Part shown: piece after piece, positions 1-10,979 of the stretch
How the letters are laid out: the number at the start of each line of letters is the position of its first letter
How positions within the stretch are numbered: the stretch's first letter is position 1
Assembly: GCA_001724265.1 (NCBI GenBank)
Contig: MEDY01000194.1
Location: 1-54,013, forward strand
Direction: 5' to 3'
DNA from: Rhizaria sp. SCN 62-66
Lineage: Eukaryota
DNA: 54,013 bases
Program-made: the position numbers and the translations under genes
The notes under the pieces: model-generated
What the model saw: only the letters and a program-made list of their open reading frames with translations
Told to the model about the DNA's origin: nothing
Databases searched by the model: none

Positions 1-46
<46 letters not shown>
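1..46. repeat. (AC)23 dinucleotide microsatellite, truncated by the window edge
   Basis: Perfect AC repeat from base 1 to 46, in the 3' flank of the MAPK gene. Confidence 0.97.
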
Positions 47-49
<3 letters not shown>

Positions 50-214
50 TTGCGAGCTATCACACGCAGTGAGAGCACATTTAGCGCGCTCAAAAGCACG
101 CATGCACTTCATCTACGAGCAAAACGCACACACAAACACACTCATCCTGCGCCTCTCGACCGTCGACTGCACTCCTGCTTGCAACTCTATACATACAACT
201 CTTTGTTTTCTGCC

Positions 215-1672
215 TCACTTCCAGTTGGGCGCCTGGGCGCCGTAGCTGGAAGTGGGGCGCGACCGCGGCTGCCCGGCCGCCGCCGCAGCGCCCGCGGCAC
301 CCGCAGCGCCGCCGCCGCCGGGGACGTACGGCGCGCCCGCGGCGGGGCGAGCAGCGCGGGCCCCCGCCGCCGCAGCAGTCGACGAGGAGCCAGCAGCAGC
401 AGCGCCAGCGGCGGCGGCGGAAGTGCGGGAGGGGCCGGGCTTGGCCACGCGCGCGCCTGCGGGGCTGCCCCCCGCAGCGGCGGCCGCGGCAGCAGCAGCG
501 GCGGCGGCCGAGGCTGCTGTGGACGACGCCGGGCGGACTGAAGAGCTCGCGGAGCTAGAGCCAGCGTTGTTGCTGAGAGCGGCGGCCTTGGCTCGGCGAG
601 CCTCCCGGGCCTTCTCCATGCGCTCGCGCAGCTCCTGCTTGCGCTGCACGATGCGGCGGTAGAGAGAGCGGCGGTACTCGTGGATCGTGTACCGCGTGTT
701 ATCATCCATGTGGATCGTGATGGGCGCCGACAGCGTAGGCTCGGTGGCGGGGTCGTGGAACATCGCCAGGTAAGGATGCTCGAGCACTTGCTTCGCGGAC
801 AGCCGCTGCGAGGGGTTGAACAGCAGCAACTTGCGGACCAGGTCGACGGCGTCTGCGGGGGCGGCCCCCAGCATGGCGTCGAGGCGGGCCCCGGCGCGCG
901 CGCGGAACGAGTCGAACATGTGCGGGCTGATCTTGACTTGCAGCGACGCGATGTCGGCCTCGGAGGGCATGCCGATGGTGGCGATAACGCGCTCGAGCTG
1001 GTTCAGCGTCGACTCGCCGGGGAACATCGGCTTGCCGAGCAGCAGCTCGCCGAGGATGCACCCGAGGGACCACATGTCGATGCCCTCGGTGTAGCACGTC
1101 GAGCCGAGCAAGATCTCGGGGGCGCGGTACCAGCGCGTCGCGACATAATCAGTCAGCACGACCTCCTTCTCCTTGACGTCTTGGATGGAGCGCGCGAGAC
1201 CGAAGTCGCAGATCTTGACGCGACAGTCTGCGTTGAGCAGCACATTGGACGGCTTCATGTCGCGGTGGATGAGCGCACCAGAGTGCATGTAGTAGATGGC
1301 CTTGGTAATTTGGTACATGATGTAGCGCTTGTGGACGTCTTCGAGGATGCCGGCGCGGATCACAGCGTGCAGGTTGATCTCCATGCACTCGAACACGAGG
1401 TAGATGTCGCGGTCGTTGTCCGCCTTTAGCACGTTGATGAGCCGGATGATGTTCTCGTGGTGGCGCGAGTTGAGCTCCTGGAGGAACATGATCTCGCGGA
1501 ACGTGCGCTGCGCGTCGGTTGAGTTCTGGAACGCGTCGAAAATCTTCTTGAGAGCGACCGACTTTTGCGATTGGCGGTCGACCGCCTTCCAGACGATTCC
1601 GTAGGCGCCCTTGCCGACCTTGGGGCCGACGTCGTACTTGCGTAGCACGTGCGCGTCGATCTCCTCACTCAT
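215..1672 (-). CDS. MAPK15: ERK7/ERK8 (MAPK15)-type MAP kinase, 485 aa, intronless
   Basis: ATG at 1672 (MSEEIDAHVLRKY). Motifs GKGAYGIVWKA, ALKKIFDAFQNSTDAQRTFREI, HRDMKPSN, DFG and the TDY activation loop (LTDYVATRWYRAPE). Ala-rich tail. Stop TGA. Confidence 0.93.
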   Translation of the reverse strand: MSEEIDAHVLRKYDVGPKVGKGAYGIVWKAVDRQSQKSVALKKIFDAFQNSTDAQRTFREIMFLQELNSRHHENIIRLINVLKADNDRDIYLVFECMEINLHAVIRAGILEDVHKRYIMYQITKAIYYMHSGALIHRDMKPSNVLLNADCRVKICDFGLARSIQDVKEKEVVLTDYVATRWYRAPEILLGSTCYTEGIDMWSLGCILGELLLGKPMFPGESTLNQLERVIATIGMPSEADIASLQVKISPHMFDSFRARAGARLDAMLGAAPADAVDLVRKLLLFNPSQRLSAKQVLEHPYLAMFHDPATEPTLSAPITIHMDDNTRYTIHEYRRSLYRRIVQRKQELRERMEKAREARRAKAAALSNNAGSSSASSSVRPASSTAASAAAAAAAAAAAAGGSPAGARVAKPGPSRTSAAAAGAAAAGSSSTAAAAGARAARPAAGAPYVPGGGGAAGAAGAAAAAGQPRSRPTSSYGAQAPNWK

Positions 1673-2375
1673 CGAAGGGAGGCTGCGACGGGCCGAAGAG
1701 GCGAAGGGCGCGAGGAGCGGGCAGGCGAGAGGCAAAAAGGAAGGGAAATGAGGGACTTATGGGTGAGTGAGGTGAAACCATCGAGATGCAAATAAAAGGA
1801 ACTCGAGAGAACCAGAAATAGTGCAGCAGCAACTGAAAACATTGCAATAATAGAAATAATGCAGTGGAGATGTTCGAAATTTAAGAAGCAGTCTCGCAAG
1901 TGGTTAGGAAGATACCAAAATCGTGCAGCCGACGAACGAAGACAAGTCGTTGGGATTTGTCAACGGGGCCAATCTTAACACAACACCAAAGGAGAACAGA
2001 ACCGACACAGCCAAGACTCTAATTGAACGTTATACAGTAACTGAGTCTGTGATACCCTATATTTTGCCCACACACAAAACACGCGCTAGGAAGCCTCAGA
2101 TAGCGCCTGCCTAATTCATGCCACCCCCCCCTCTGAGTCGTCTCTCGGATGTCTCTCGGTCAAACTCAAACCGACCGACTGAGCCTGACACACAGTCACT
2201 TTCCCCTCAGACTTGACTTTAGTTCTCGACCGACTCGGAGCGGTCACAAACGTAGCGATATCTCGACAAAAGCTCCGTTAATACGAATTATAGCTGACGA
2301 ACCCTTGCTTTATTTGCACATTCTATTATTCAGTTAATTTTCTTTATTAAAAAACCCTTGTAGCGCTGGTGGTCG

Positions 2376-5300
2376 ATGCTGCCCGCCCTACCCCGTCTCA
2401 CGGTCTTGCACCGGGCGGTGCTCCAACGCACTCCGACAGCCCTGCACACTTTGAACGGACTGCTCTTGGTCCCTGCGCGCGCGATCAGTCTTGCCTCGCA
2501 CATAACCACGCTAACCCCGCACTACCGCACTCTCCAGGGCTCGTACATCGGAGCTGCAGTCCCCTGCGTACCCGTCACCGCGACCGTGAGCGCAACTGCT
2601 GCTGCGGCTGCTGAGCCCTGGTGCACTGCCACCGTTGTGACTGTGCCGCGCGCGCGCTGGGGCAACGCGTCTAACGCCCGCACGCTTGACGAGGAAACCC
2701 GTCTTTTGCCCCCCGGCGAAGTTCTGCTTCCCTACCGCGCCCTCCAGCTTCCCGGACTCCTCCGCAAACCGACTCAACACGACAACAACAATGTGGATAA
2801 CAACAACAACAACAACAACAGCAACAACAACAACAACAGCGAGCCTGCTGTGAGCAACGCCGAGCCCGAGCCCGAGCCCGTGTGGCGCCCGATCTCCTCC
2901 GTGCTGCTCGGCGGCCCTCTGCGCCCCGGCGCCACCGCGGGGCTGGTCCGCCAGGCTGTCGAGGACTACGCAGCCGCGGGCGGCCGTGTTGTCGAGCTCT
3001 CCGAGCCCTTTGCGGCCGACGTCCGCGAGGCGCTGCAGAACCAGATATTCTACTGCGCGTTGGACGCGTCGCACTTTACGCTGTTGCAGCCGCTGCTCTA
3101 CAGCGAGCTCGTGACGGGGCTGCCCGCGCCGACCGCTGCCGCGCTCCCGGGGGAGTTCGCCGCGGCGACGACGGCGCTGCACCGAATCGACCCACAAGAA
3201 GACTGGGCGGCTCCGACGTGGCGCCACCGCGTCCCGCTTGCTCCTACTTCCACTGACGCCGCCACCGCCACTGGCTCTGCTGCTGAGTCAGCTAGTTTAG
3301 CTGCGAAGCCCACGAGTACCCCTACGGGTACTGGCGCCAACACCGCCGCTGCGGGCGCTGTTTCTGCGGCGGGCGAGGCGGCTGCTGTCTCAGCGGCGGG
3401 CTCCGGCGCGCGCCAGTACCGGGTGCTGTCTCTCTCGCGCGACGGCGTGCCCGTGAGCGAAAGCGCCGACGCCGCGGCGGCCCGCTTGGCCGCAGAGCGT
3501 GCTCTGGTCGGTCTGCCAACGGGCGACACTGTGGTTGAGCGGTTGGCGTCGAAGGTGGCGCAACTGACGGCCGCGCTGACTCCGCTGCAAGGCGTCGGTG
3601 TCGATGTCGTCCTCGTGCGCGGTCTGGAGCAGCTGCTGTCCCACGGTCTCAGCGCTGCCGCGACTAATGCAAACTCTGGGTCTGACGCCGCCGCGGGGGT
3701 GACCGCGCGCACTGCCCGTGCCGCTCTGCTGGAGCTGTGCGTCGGCTTGGAGACGCTGGCCGCCGACGGCCGCATCCGTGGCTACGCGCTGTCGCTGCCT
3801 GGGCTCGCCGCAGCGCCCGGCGCCGCCGCGCGCGTCGAGTTGACCGATGTCTGCAACATCGCCCGCGCCGCCGCCCGCATTGTCCGCCGTGGCGGCCCCC
3901 GCTGTGGCGAGCTTACTGAGAGTGAGGCCGCGCTAGACGCTCTGGAGGACGCGGCGGCTGAGGCTGAGGCTGCGGCAGCGTGCGCTGCGCCCGGAGGGGT
4001 TGATCCGCTGACTGTGGGCGCCGCGCGGGCTGTGGGATTGGCAGGGACGCGGCTGCTGGCGGTGGCGGCGCCGTTCAACGTGCTGCAGCCAGAGCTAGTC
4101 ACTGCGCGGACTGTGCTCGTCTCCACGTCGAACGAGGCGACTCAGCAGCAGCACGGCGGCAGTGAGGGCGACTCTAGTTGTCACAGTGCTCAAAGCGGCG
4201 CGGGCTCGCATGCAGTCGCGAGCGCGACGAGTCCCAAGTGTCCCGCGATGTCGCCGTTGATGGCGGCGGTGCTGTTCCGCCGAGGCGCGCTGCCGGGCGC
4301 TGCATCATTGGCCTCCCGGTCACTCCGTGCTCCGAGAGTAGCCGATTCCAGTGTTCAGAATGTGATGACGCGGATGGTGACAGTGCGCGAGGCTGCTGCG
4401 GCGAGGAATCTACTCGTGCTCGGTGAGTCGCCTCTTGAGGCCACTGTGCCCGCTGATTTTGACGACTTAGACGCTGACACTGAGGCTGAGGCTGATTATA
4501 GCGCTTTTGCAGATGCCGAGGCTGATGCTAAGGCCGCTGAGTATGATGGCGCTGATAATGACACCAACGACGGCGTCACTGCTGGCCACAACCGTCGCGC
4601 TCACGACCACAATCACAGTTGCAGTCGCGGCCTCGGCTCTAATTTCTCTGCCAGGCATGGCCCCACGCTCAGTCAGAATAAACGCAGGGGTATTAACCGT
4701 AATCTCTCCCACGGTGGCGAGCTAGACTTGGGCGAGCCCGCTGCGGTGGGCGACAGCGACACTCTTGCGCGGGTTCGATTCGAGGCCGCCGACGCGCTGG
4801 ACTTTCTCTACGCTATCGAGCGCGTGCTCGCCTTTCTCGCCCGCGACGCGCTTGCCGCCGCCACGGCAGAGCTCGCCGCGGCCGACACCGCGGCGGCGCG
4901 CGCGGCGGCCGAGGCCAAACTGCGCGCCATTAACGCGCTGCCGCCGCCGCTGGCCGTGGGGGTGGGTGTGACGGCACTGGCGTATCTCCCGCGGCTGGCC
5001 AACCCGCGACGGTTTGACGAGGTCGTCGGCCGCAGGCTCGCGCCGGTGCTGGAGGAAGCACTCGCGCGCGTTCAAGCGGTCGACACGATGCAGCCCTTCG
5101 CAAAGAACTACCGGTACGTCTTCCGTAGGATACTACAAAGATCTCCTCGAACTAAAAATATTATGAAATTTTTGAATCTATTATTTTGAATATTCTATAA
5201 TTAGTTTCTCTGTTTCTTTTTGATTTATTCACTTTTTACTTATCTATTTTGTTCATCTTTAGCGGTGGTTTCCGCGCTTGGCGAGAGTCGTGGCGCCGCC

Positions 5301-6166
5301 AACTGGAACACCTCACTGCCCCCGCGCAACAGGTCGTGGACGCCGCGCTCTTGGCCGAGCTCCCCGCGCTGTCCGAGCTGCCCTCGCTGCCTTCGCGCGC
5401 GCTGGCCGCGGCTATGGGCGCCGGTCTCGACTCGGTCTGTCTGTCGGCTGTGTGGGCCGGAGCGCTGCAGCCGGTGGTTCACGCGGTGCGGCTGGTCCAC
5501 GAGCGCGGGGATGAGGAGTTTGAGGACGACGGGTCGCCGCTGCTGCCGCACTGTGTGCCCGCTGCGGAGGACGCGGCGGATGCGCTGCCCCGGATCGCCG
5601 CGGTGCGCGATCAAGTGCTACAGGTACGGTGAAGCCAACAAATCATAACAGTTCTTGCTTCTTGTTCAAATGTGTCATACCTCTTTTAAGTGGGTGTTAG
5701 ACGGACTGAAACTAATGTATCGTATGGTCCAATGGATATTTAGATATTGAAACTTATTGTTATATCTTCAACTCTTTGTTACATCCCAAACTATTCAATG
5801 CAGCATCTGCGTCGTGTGACTGCGGAATTGGCGGAAGCGTCTGTACACGAACACACTCCCTTATTCATGGGCCCCGTCGCCCCCTTCGCACCCGCGGCCG
5901 AGTCCGCCGCGGCGCCGCTGCCGCCCGGCCGCGCTCCGCCGCTCGAGTACTGGGAAGGCCTCGCAGACCCCGTCGCGCGCGCCACGCTTGCCGCCGACCC
6001 CGGCGCTGCACACCGGTACCCAGCAGTGCCGGCGCGCGCGTTCGCAGCCTTGGACCGGGCGCTCAAGGCGCGGCGACAGGGCGCGTTTAGGCAGAGGGTT
6101 GGCGCGGTCGTGCCGGGGCCGCGCCGCGCGGTCACCGAGCTCGACGAGTACAAACTGCCGTTTTAA
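2376..6166 (+). CDS. Degenerate aldo/keto-reductase-fold protein, about 1153 aa; exons 2376-5113, 5263-5623, 5804-6166
   Basis: Three ORF segments join in frame through two AT-rich GT-AG introns. AKR-like segments occur in order: VDVVLVRGLE, LETLAADGRIRGYALS, AVAAPFNVLQ, LLVLGESPLEA. Arg/Leu/Thr-rich, acid-free N-terminus resembles a mitochondrial presequence. Stop TAA. Confidence 0.62.
5114..5262 (+). other. Spliceosomal intron, 149 nt, phase 2
   Basis: CG|GTACGT ... catctttAG|C. AT-rich. Restores the frame NYR-GGFRAW. Confidence 0.88.
5624..5803 (+). other. Spliceosomal intron, 180 nt, phase 0
   Basis: CAG|GTACGG ... aatgcAG|CAT. AT-rich. Joins QVLQ-HLRRVT. Confidence 0.85.
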
Positions 6167-6620
6167 GCGCATTTGGAAGCGCTTTTTTTTAAAGTGAAAC
6201 GAACAACAATGAGTCAAATTCGTAAAGTCTTGCTCAGCGTTTGTTTCCTGCGCATGACAGCGCAGTATTCATAATTATAGTTTATATATTTACACGTACA
6301 TAGTTCTCTTTGTGCCTGCTTGAGAAACAATACAGACACACTATTTATTCCAAGTTGTTTTATCGTGCGACAACAACATTGTATTGGTTATTATTACACT
6401 TTCACGACGAACACTAAAGAGAGATAAAGGTTGCTGATTTGCTCGATTGATACGTACACAACAAGGAACGTATCGTCACATCACAGAAAAGACAAACACA
6501 ACAAGCAGTTCTCAACCAGAGCACTACTGTGTCGTGTCAAACAACAAGGGGGTTACTGTGGCGCCAACGACATGATCGTGCGCGCTGGCCACACAAGCGC
6601 TGACTACGCAGGCACCGCGC

Positions 6621-8096
6621 TTACTCCCACATGTTGATGACGGTGCGGATGCCCTTGCCGTCATGCATGTCATGGAAAGCGTCGTTGATCTTCTCCAGCG
6701 GCAGGCGGTTGGTGACGAAGTCGTCGATGTTAAGCCGCCCGGCGTTGATATCATCGATGTACGTGTTAAGCTCGGTGCGGGGCTTGACGCCGCCGAACGC
6801 CGTGCCGGTCCACTTGCGGCCCGTGACAAGCTGGAAGGGACGCGTGGAGATCTCCGTGCCGGCGGGCGCGACGCCGATGATGACGGAGGTGCCCCAGCCC
6901 TTGTGGGTCATCTCGAGCGCGGCGCGCATGGTGTTGACGTTGCCGATGGCCTCGAACGAGTAGTCGACGCCGCCATCAGTCATGTCGGCGACGACCTGCT
7001 GCAGAGGCTTGTCGGGGTAGTCCTTGGGGTTGAGGCAGTCGGTGGCGCCGAGCTTGCGCGCAAGGTCGAACTTCGCAGGGTTGGTGTCGATGGCGATGAT
7101 GCGCGCAGCCTTGGCCTTGGCGGCGCCGAGGACAGCGCCGAGACCGACGGCGCCGAGCCCGAGCACGGCGACGGTGGCGCCTTCCTCGACCTTGGCGGTG
7201 TTGATGACGCCGCCCATGCCGGTGGTGATGCCACAGCCCATGAGGCAGACCTTGGAAGCGTCGGAGGACGCGTCGATCTTGACGACGGAGATCTCGGCAG
7301 CGACAATGTACTGGGAGAAGGTGGAGCAGCCCATGAAGTGGGCGAGATCCTTGCCGTCCTTGGTGTAGCGGACAGTGCCGTCGGGCATCTGGCCACGGCC
7401 CTGGGTGATGCGGATCTTCTGGCACAGGTTCGTCTTGGTCGAATGGCAGAACTTGCAGTCGTGGCACTGGGGGATGTAGGCCGGGATAACGAGGTCGCCC
7501 GGTACGACGGAGGTGACGCCCGCGCCGACGGACTCGACGACACCCGCGCCCTCGTGGCCGAGAACGCACGGGAACACGCCCTCGGAGTCGAAGCCGCCGA
7601 GAGTGTAGGCGTCAGTGTGGCAGACACCGGTGTAGAGGACCTTGATGCGGACCTCGCCGGCCGCGGGAGGCGCGACGGTGATAGTCTCAATCTTCAGGTC
7701 CTCCTTGGGGGCCCAGGCAACGGCGGCCTTGCACTCTGCGATGGCGTGCGAGAGCAGAGCAGAGCGGAGTGACAAGATGAGTCATCGCGAACGAGGAGAG
7801 ATATGTGACGATGGAGAGGCGTGAGTTGACGTTGCAGAGAGTACTGTGCGGCAGAGACGCAGAATAAAGCGCGCGGGCAAGAGAGTGCAGTGCCAACAAG
7901 AGCGAGGTATGCAGTGGATATGGCGGGCATTGGGCAGTTGGGAAGGCGGCGGAAGACGAGGATGATGCCAGTCGGCGTCGGGGTGCAGAAGATGAAGTCA
8001 TTCATGGCCAAGATGACGTCAAAATGCGAGCATATTAAGAGAAAATATCGCTCACGTACCAATAGGCTTGCCAGCAGTCTCAAAAGTAGTCGACAT
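6621..8096 (-). CDS. ADH5: Class III alcohol dehydrogenase / S-(hydroxymethyl)glutathione dehydrogenase, 383 aa; exons 8096-8060 and 7735-6621
   Basis: A 37-nt first exon ([12 protein letters not shown]) splices to ECKAAVAW. Motifs GVCHTD, LGHEGAG, structural Zn site CHDCKFC..NLC, GLGAVG and [12 protein letters not shown]. Stop TAA. Confidence 0.95.
7736..8059 (-). other. Spliceosomal intron, 324 nt, phase 1
   Basis: ATTG|GTACGT ... catcgcAG|AGTGC. Gives the canonical ADH3 N-terminus [14 protein letters not shown]. Confidence 0.93.
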
Positions 8097-8185
8097 TCGT
8101 GTAACAGTGTGTATTGCACAGTTCGAAAGTTTATCCGAACCCCTTCTCAGATCTCACTCTCTTTCCGGTGGTCGGTTTCAGACGA

Positions 8186-8240
8186 GAGCGACTGTGAGCA
8201 GCCCGGCTTGACTTGACCGGCGGGCTGCCCACGGTCGCTC
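8186..8240. promoter_or_regulatory. 20-bp imperfect inverted repeat in the divergent promoter between ADH5 and the 8518 gene
   Basis: GAGCGACTGTGAGCAGCCCG (8186-8205) and CGGGCTGCCCACGGTCGCTC (8221-8240) are 18/20 complementary. The loop contains CTTGACTTGAC. Confidence 0.55.
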
Positions 8241-8517
8241 GGTCGCTCGCCAGTCAAGCAGTGGGGCAACTTTGGAGAGCTATTTCTCGATCAAGATGCG
8301 TTTGTTTAGCTTATGTTAAAAGTATATTATATTTCCGTCCTAATATATTTTCTCGCATTCCACACAAGAGTGTTAACGACGGATGTATTTCCCCGTAGAC
8401 GCTTTTCGAGTGCTGCCACTTGGCCTACTAACCTGACTCATCGTCTCTCTTTTTTCCTTCCTGCCCGATTCCACGCACACTGTTTTGCTCTTTTTGTTGC
8501 TGCGCAGAACACCAGAG

Positions 8518-9078
8518 ATGCTGGGCCGCTTGTTCACTGGTGCCGTGCGTCAGGGCGTGTCGTCGACGCCGCGCCGTGCCTTCGGCGCTGGCCCCCACGC
8601 CGCGCACCCGATCGAGGAGCAGTTTTACGTCACCCCGCGTATCAACGGCGAGCTCCCTCTTCCCGGTTCGTACACTATCAACCCTAAGGTGCTGCTGACG
8701 CACTTTGCGTCCATTACTTCGATTATCGGCCTCTACGTGCTCAACAAGGAGACCCGCGCCGTGCCCGTGCAGATGGAGAAGGTGTCGATCGCTGACCCCA
8801 CCACCGGCGAGGTCCGCTCTTACATGAAGCCGACGGGTGTGTTCGACCAGACTTCGGCCGTCTCGCGCGCGTACCCGGGCTACGAGATCGTGCGCGGCGC
8901 CGCGCCGAACCGCGTCGTGAACCGCGAGGGTGACGTGCTGGCCGCGATGGAGCAGTACAACGCCCAGATGGATTCCTATGCGCACGGTGACCTGTCGTTC
9001 ATCGGCCGCCCGGGGCAGCTGTTCTTCCCCGACAAGGCCGACATCATGCCCTCGCTTGAGTGCCCCAAGTCCGCGTAA
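8518..9078 (+). CDS. Orphan, probably mitochondrial single-pass membrane protein, 186 aa
   Basis: ATG 8518. Presequence-like MLGRLFTGAVRQGVSSTPRRAF, one weakly hydrophobic helix (VLLTHFASITSIIGLYVL), strong C/G-ending codon bias like ADH5. Stop TAA. Confidence 0.75.
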   Translation: MLGRLFTGAVRQGVSSTPRRAFGAGPHAAHPIEEQFYVTPRINGELPLPGSYTINPKVLLTHFASITSIIGLYVLNKETRAVPVQMEKVSIADPTTGEVRSYMKPTGVFDQTSAVSRAYPGYEIVRGAAPNRVVNREGDVLAAMEQYNAQMDSYAHGDLSFIGRPGQLFFPDKADIMPSLECPKSA

Positions 9079-9799
9079 GCGCGCTGTACGCGCGCGGGGC
9101 CCAACCGAGTCACACACCTCACTCATCCATGTGACGTGAGTGAGTGCTCTATCTATCTGATGTTGCCTGTGACGCTGTGCCATGGCAAGCGGTGCGGCGA
9201 CGTACGTTGGCGGTTCACGAGCCGATCGACACACTGGCGCGCGCGGGCGCGCGCGTGTGCGGCTGCGAAGGGGGGAGCTATCTTGTCCCATGTTTGATGT
9301 CTGCGGTGGTGATTGCAACGTTTCATGCGTTGCGCCAGTCACAGCAACACGCCTTGGGAGCTCAGATCTATCTAAACTAAACCTCTCAAACCCTTTTAGC
9401 TGACTCGCGCGGGCTGGTGGATTGCCATTATGTATTGATTTTTCGTTTTGTTGATCTAGATGTTGCCATGTACCGTTTGAGGAGAGCTGCTGCCGAGGGC
9501 AGTGGCCACGACATGCTGCTGGCAAATGCCACAGGGGACCATCGTTTGTGGACCCACAAGGGCGAACTTGTTACAAATATTATACACACTCTAGTTTAAG
9601 TCATATGTTCATATACATGTACATGGAAATTGAAATCACGTCAGCACCCACATATGCATCTCCTATCATGTGCTAGCTCTTCAAAATGTGAGCCCACCAC
9701 ATGTCAATTTTGCTCTTTGGGCCGTTACGCTTTGTTGGGTGAGTGAGCTGAAGAGGCAGATTTTAGAGTCAAGTTGCCTGCTCCTTTTGATCGTCATCA

Positions 9800-10581
9800 A
9801 TGGCTGAGATTGTTTGCGCGAGCCAGTCTGCTCGTGGTTATTACCGCATGGACCGCACTTTTGCGCGTACTGGTCGTTCTTCCCTCGAATTCTCCACTTC
9901 GATTCGCCCCGGTGCCACCGCCTTCGTTTCGACGGGCGCCAACGCCCCCGGCGTCTTTGGCGTCCCCGAGCCCCGCGTCGCGCCCGTGCACCGCGTCGGT
10001 GCGCCCTGCAAGACTAAAGCTAACGTTACCCACAACCCAGTCACAGGTGCGTCTCTTTCTTCTTCGCCGCTATCGCTCTCTAGCTTCATACCCCTGCTCT
10101 CACGTTTCCCTCTCCTGCTCATCGATCACACCATTTGCGCCCCACAGGCACTATCGGCGGCGTCGCCCGCCGCGAAGCCGCGCTGAAGAACCAAGCTCTG
10201 ACCGAGGGCGCGCCGGCCTACTGCAGCGAGTACGTCTCCGAGTTCGGCCGCGACGACCTCGCCGCCGGCATGGCTGAGCCGCGCCCCTTCCTCCGCAAGA
10301 CGCTCCCGGCCGAGGAAACGGACCCCGCGCGCATCGATTCGTTCGCCACCACTACACTCCCGCGCTGGAACGCACTCCAGCGCGCTGCGCCCGTCACCGC
10401 GGACGCCTACCGCGCGCGCCAGCTCGCGTCCGCGTCCGGCTCTCGTCCTCAGAACAACTCTGGTGCTGCTCCTGTTGAGGCGCCGCGTGCGACGTATTCG
10501 TTCGATATGCGCGACCATATCACGGTGTACCACCCGCGCAGTGCCGCTCTGTGGCCTGATCACAAGCCTCCCGTGTTCTGA
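9800..10581 (+). CDS. Hypothetical protein, 226 aa; exons 9800-10046 and 10148-10581
   Basis: ORFs 9800 and 10135 join in frame (NPVT-G-TIGG) through a 101-nt pyrimidine-rich intron. Biased codon usage. Stop TGA. Confidence 0.78.
10047..10147 (+). other. Spliceosomal intron, 101 nt, phase 1
   Basis: ACAG|GTGCGT ... ccccacAG|GC, with a CT-rich interior. Confidence 0.82.
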
Positions 10582-10979
10582 GCGTGTAAACACACTGTGT
10601 ATCGTGACTTTCCACATGTGTCATGCTACTGCTGATTCATCTGGACCGGCGTGATCGCTTATTCAGGCCACGACTCAACGTTGCATGGCTTTTGCACTGC
10701 AATGCGTGAGACTAGGCCATGCTGGTATCAGATACCGGCTTCGAATCAGAACTTTCAATGACACTTTCAAATAAACCATTCTTCAATCAGCATCGCCTTC
10801 GCAGTTCATCCCATTGATTTTAAGTTCTTTGAACATCAGTATCTCAATGTATCATATACATAGTCGACATTATAACAATATACTTCTTCTACACCATACG
10901 TCATATCTTGCCACATTATCAATGCAGCATTACAGCACTACATAAAACATATCGTACGCCTTATTGCCTTGTGATTAGC

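Noticed and set aside
1-46. Terminal AC repeat as a telomere
   Set aside because: A plain dinucleotide microsatellite about 170 nt from a stop codon, not a typical telomeric unit.
7736-7775. TTG start for ADH (track ORF 6621-7775), and likewise the GTG start at 21385 and the track start at 36516
   Set aside because: Each is replaced by an ATG-initiated upstream exon with a GTACG donor.
10721-10739. Short palindrome GCTGGTATC-A-GATACCGGC between convergent genes
   Set aside because: Single copy, 9-bp arms with one mismatch and a 1-nt loop, compatible with chance.
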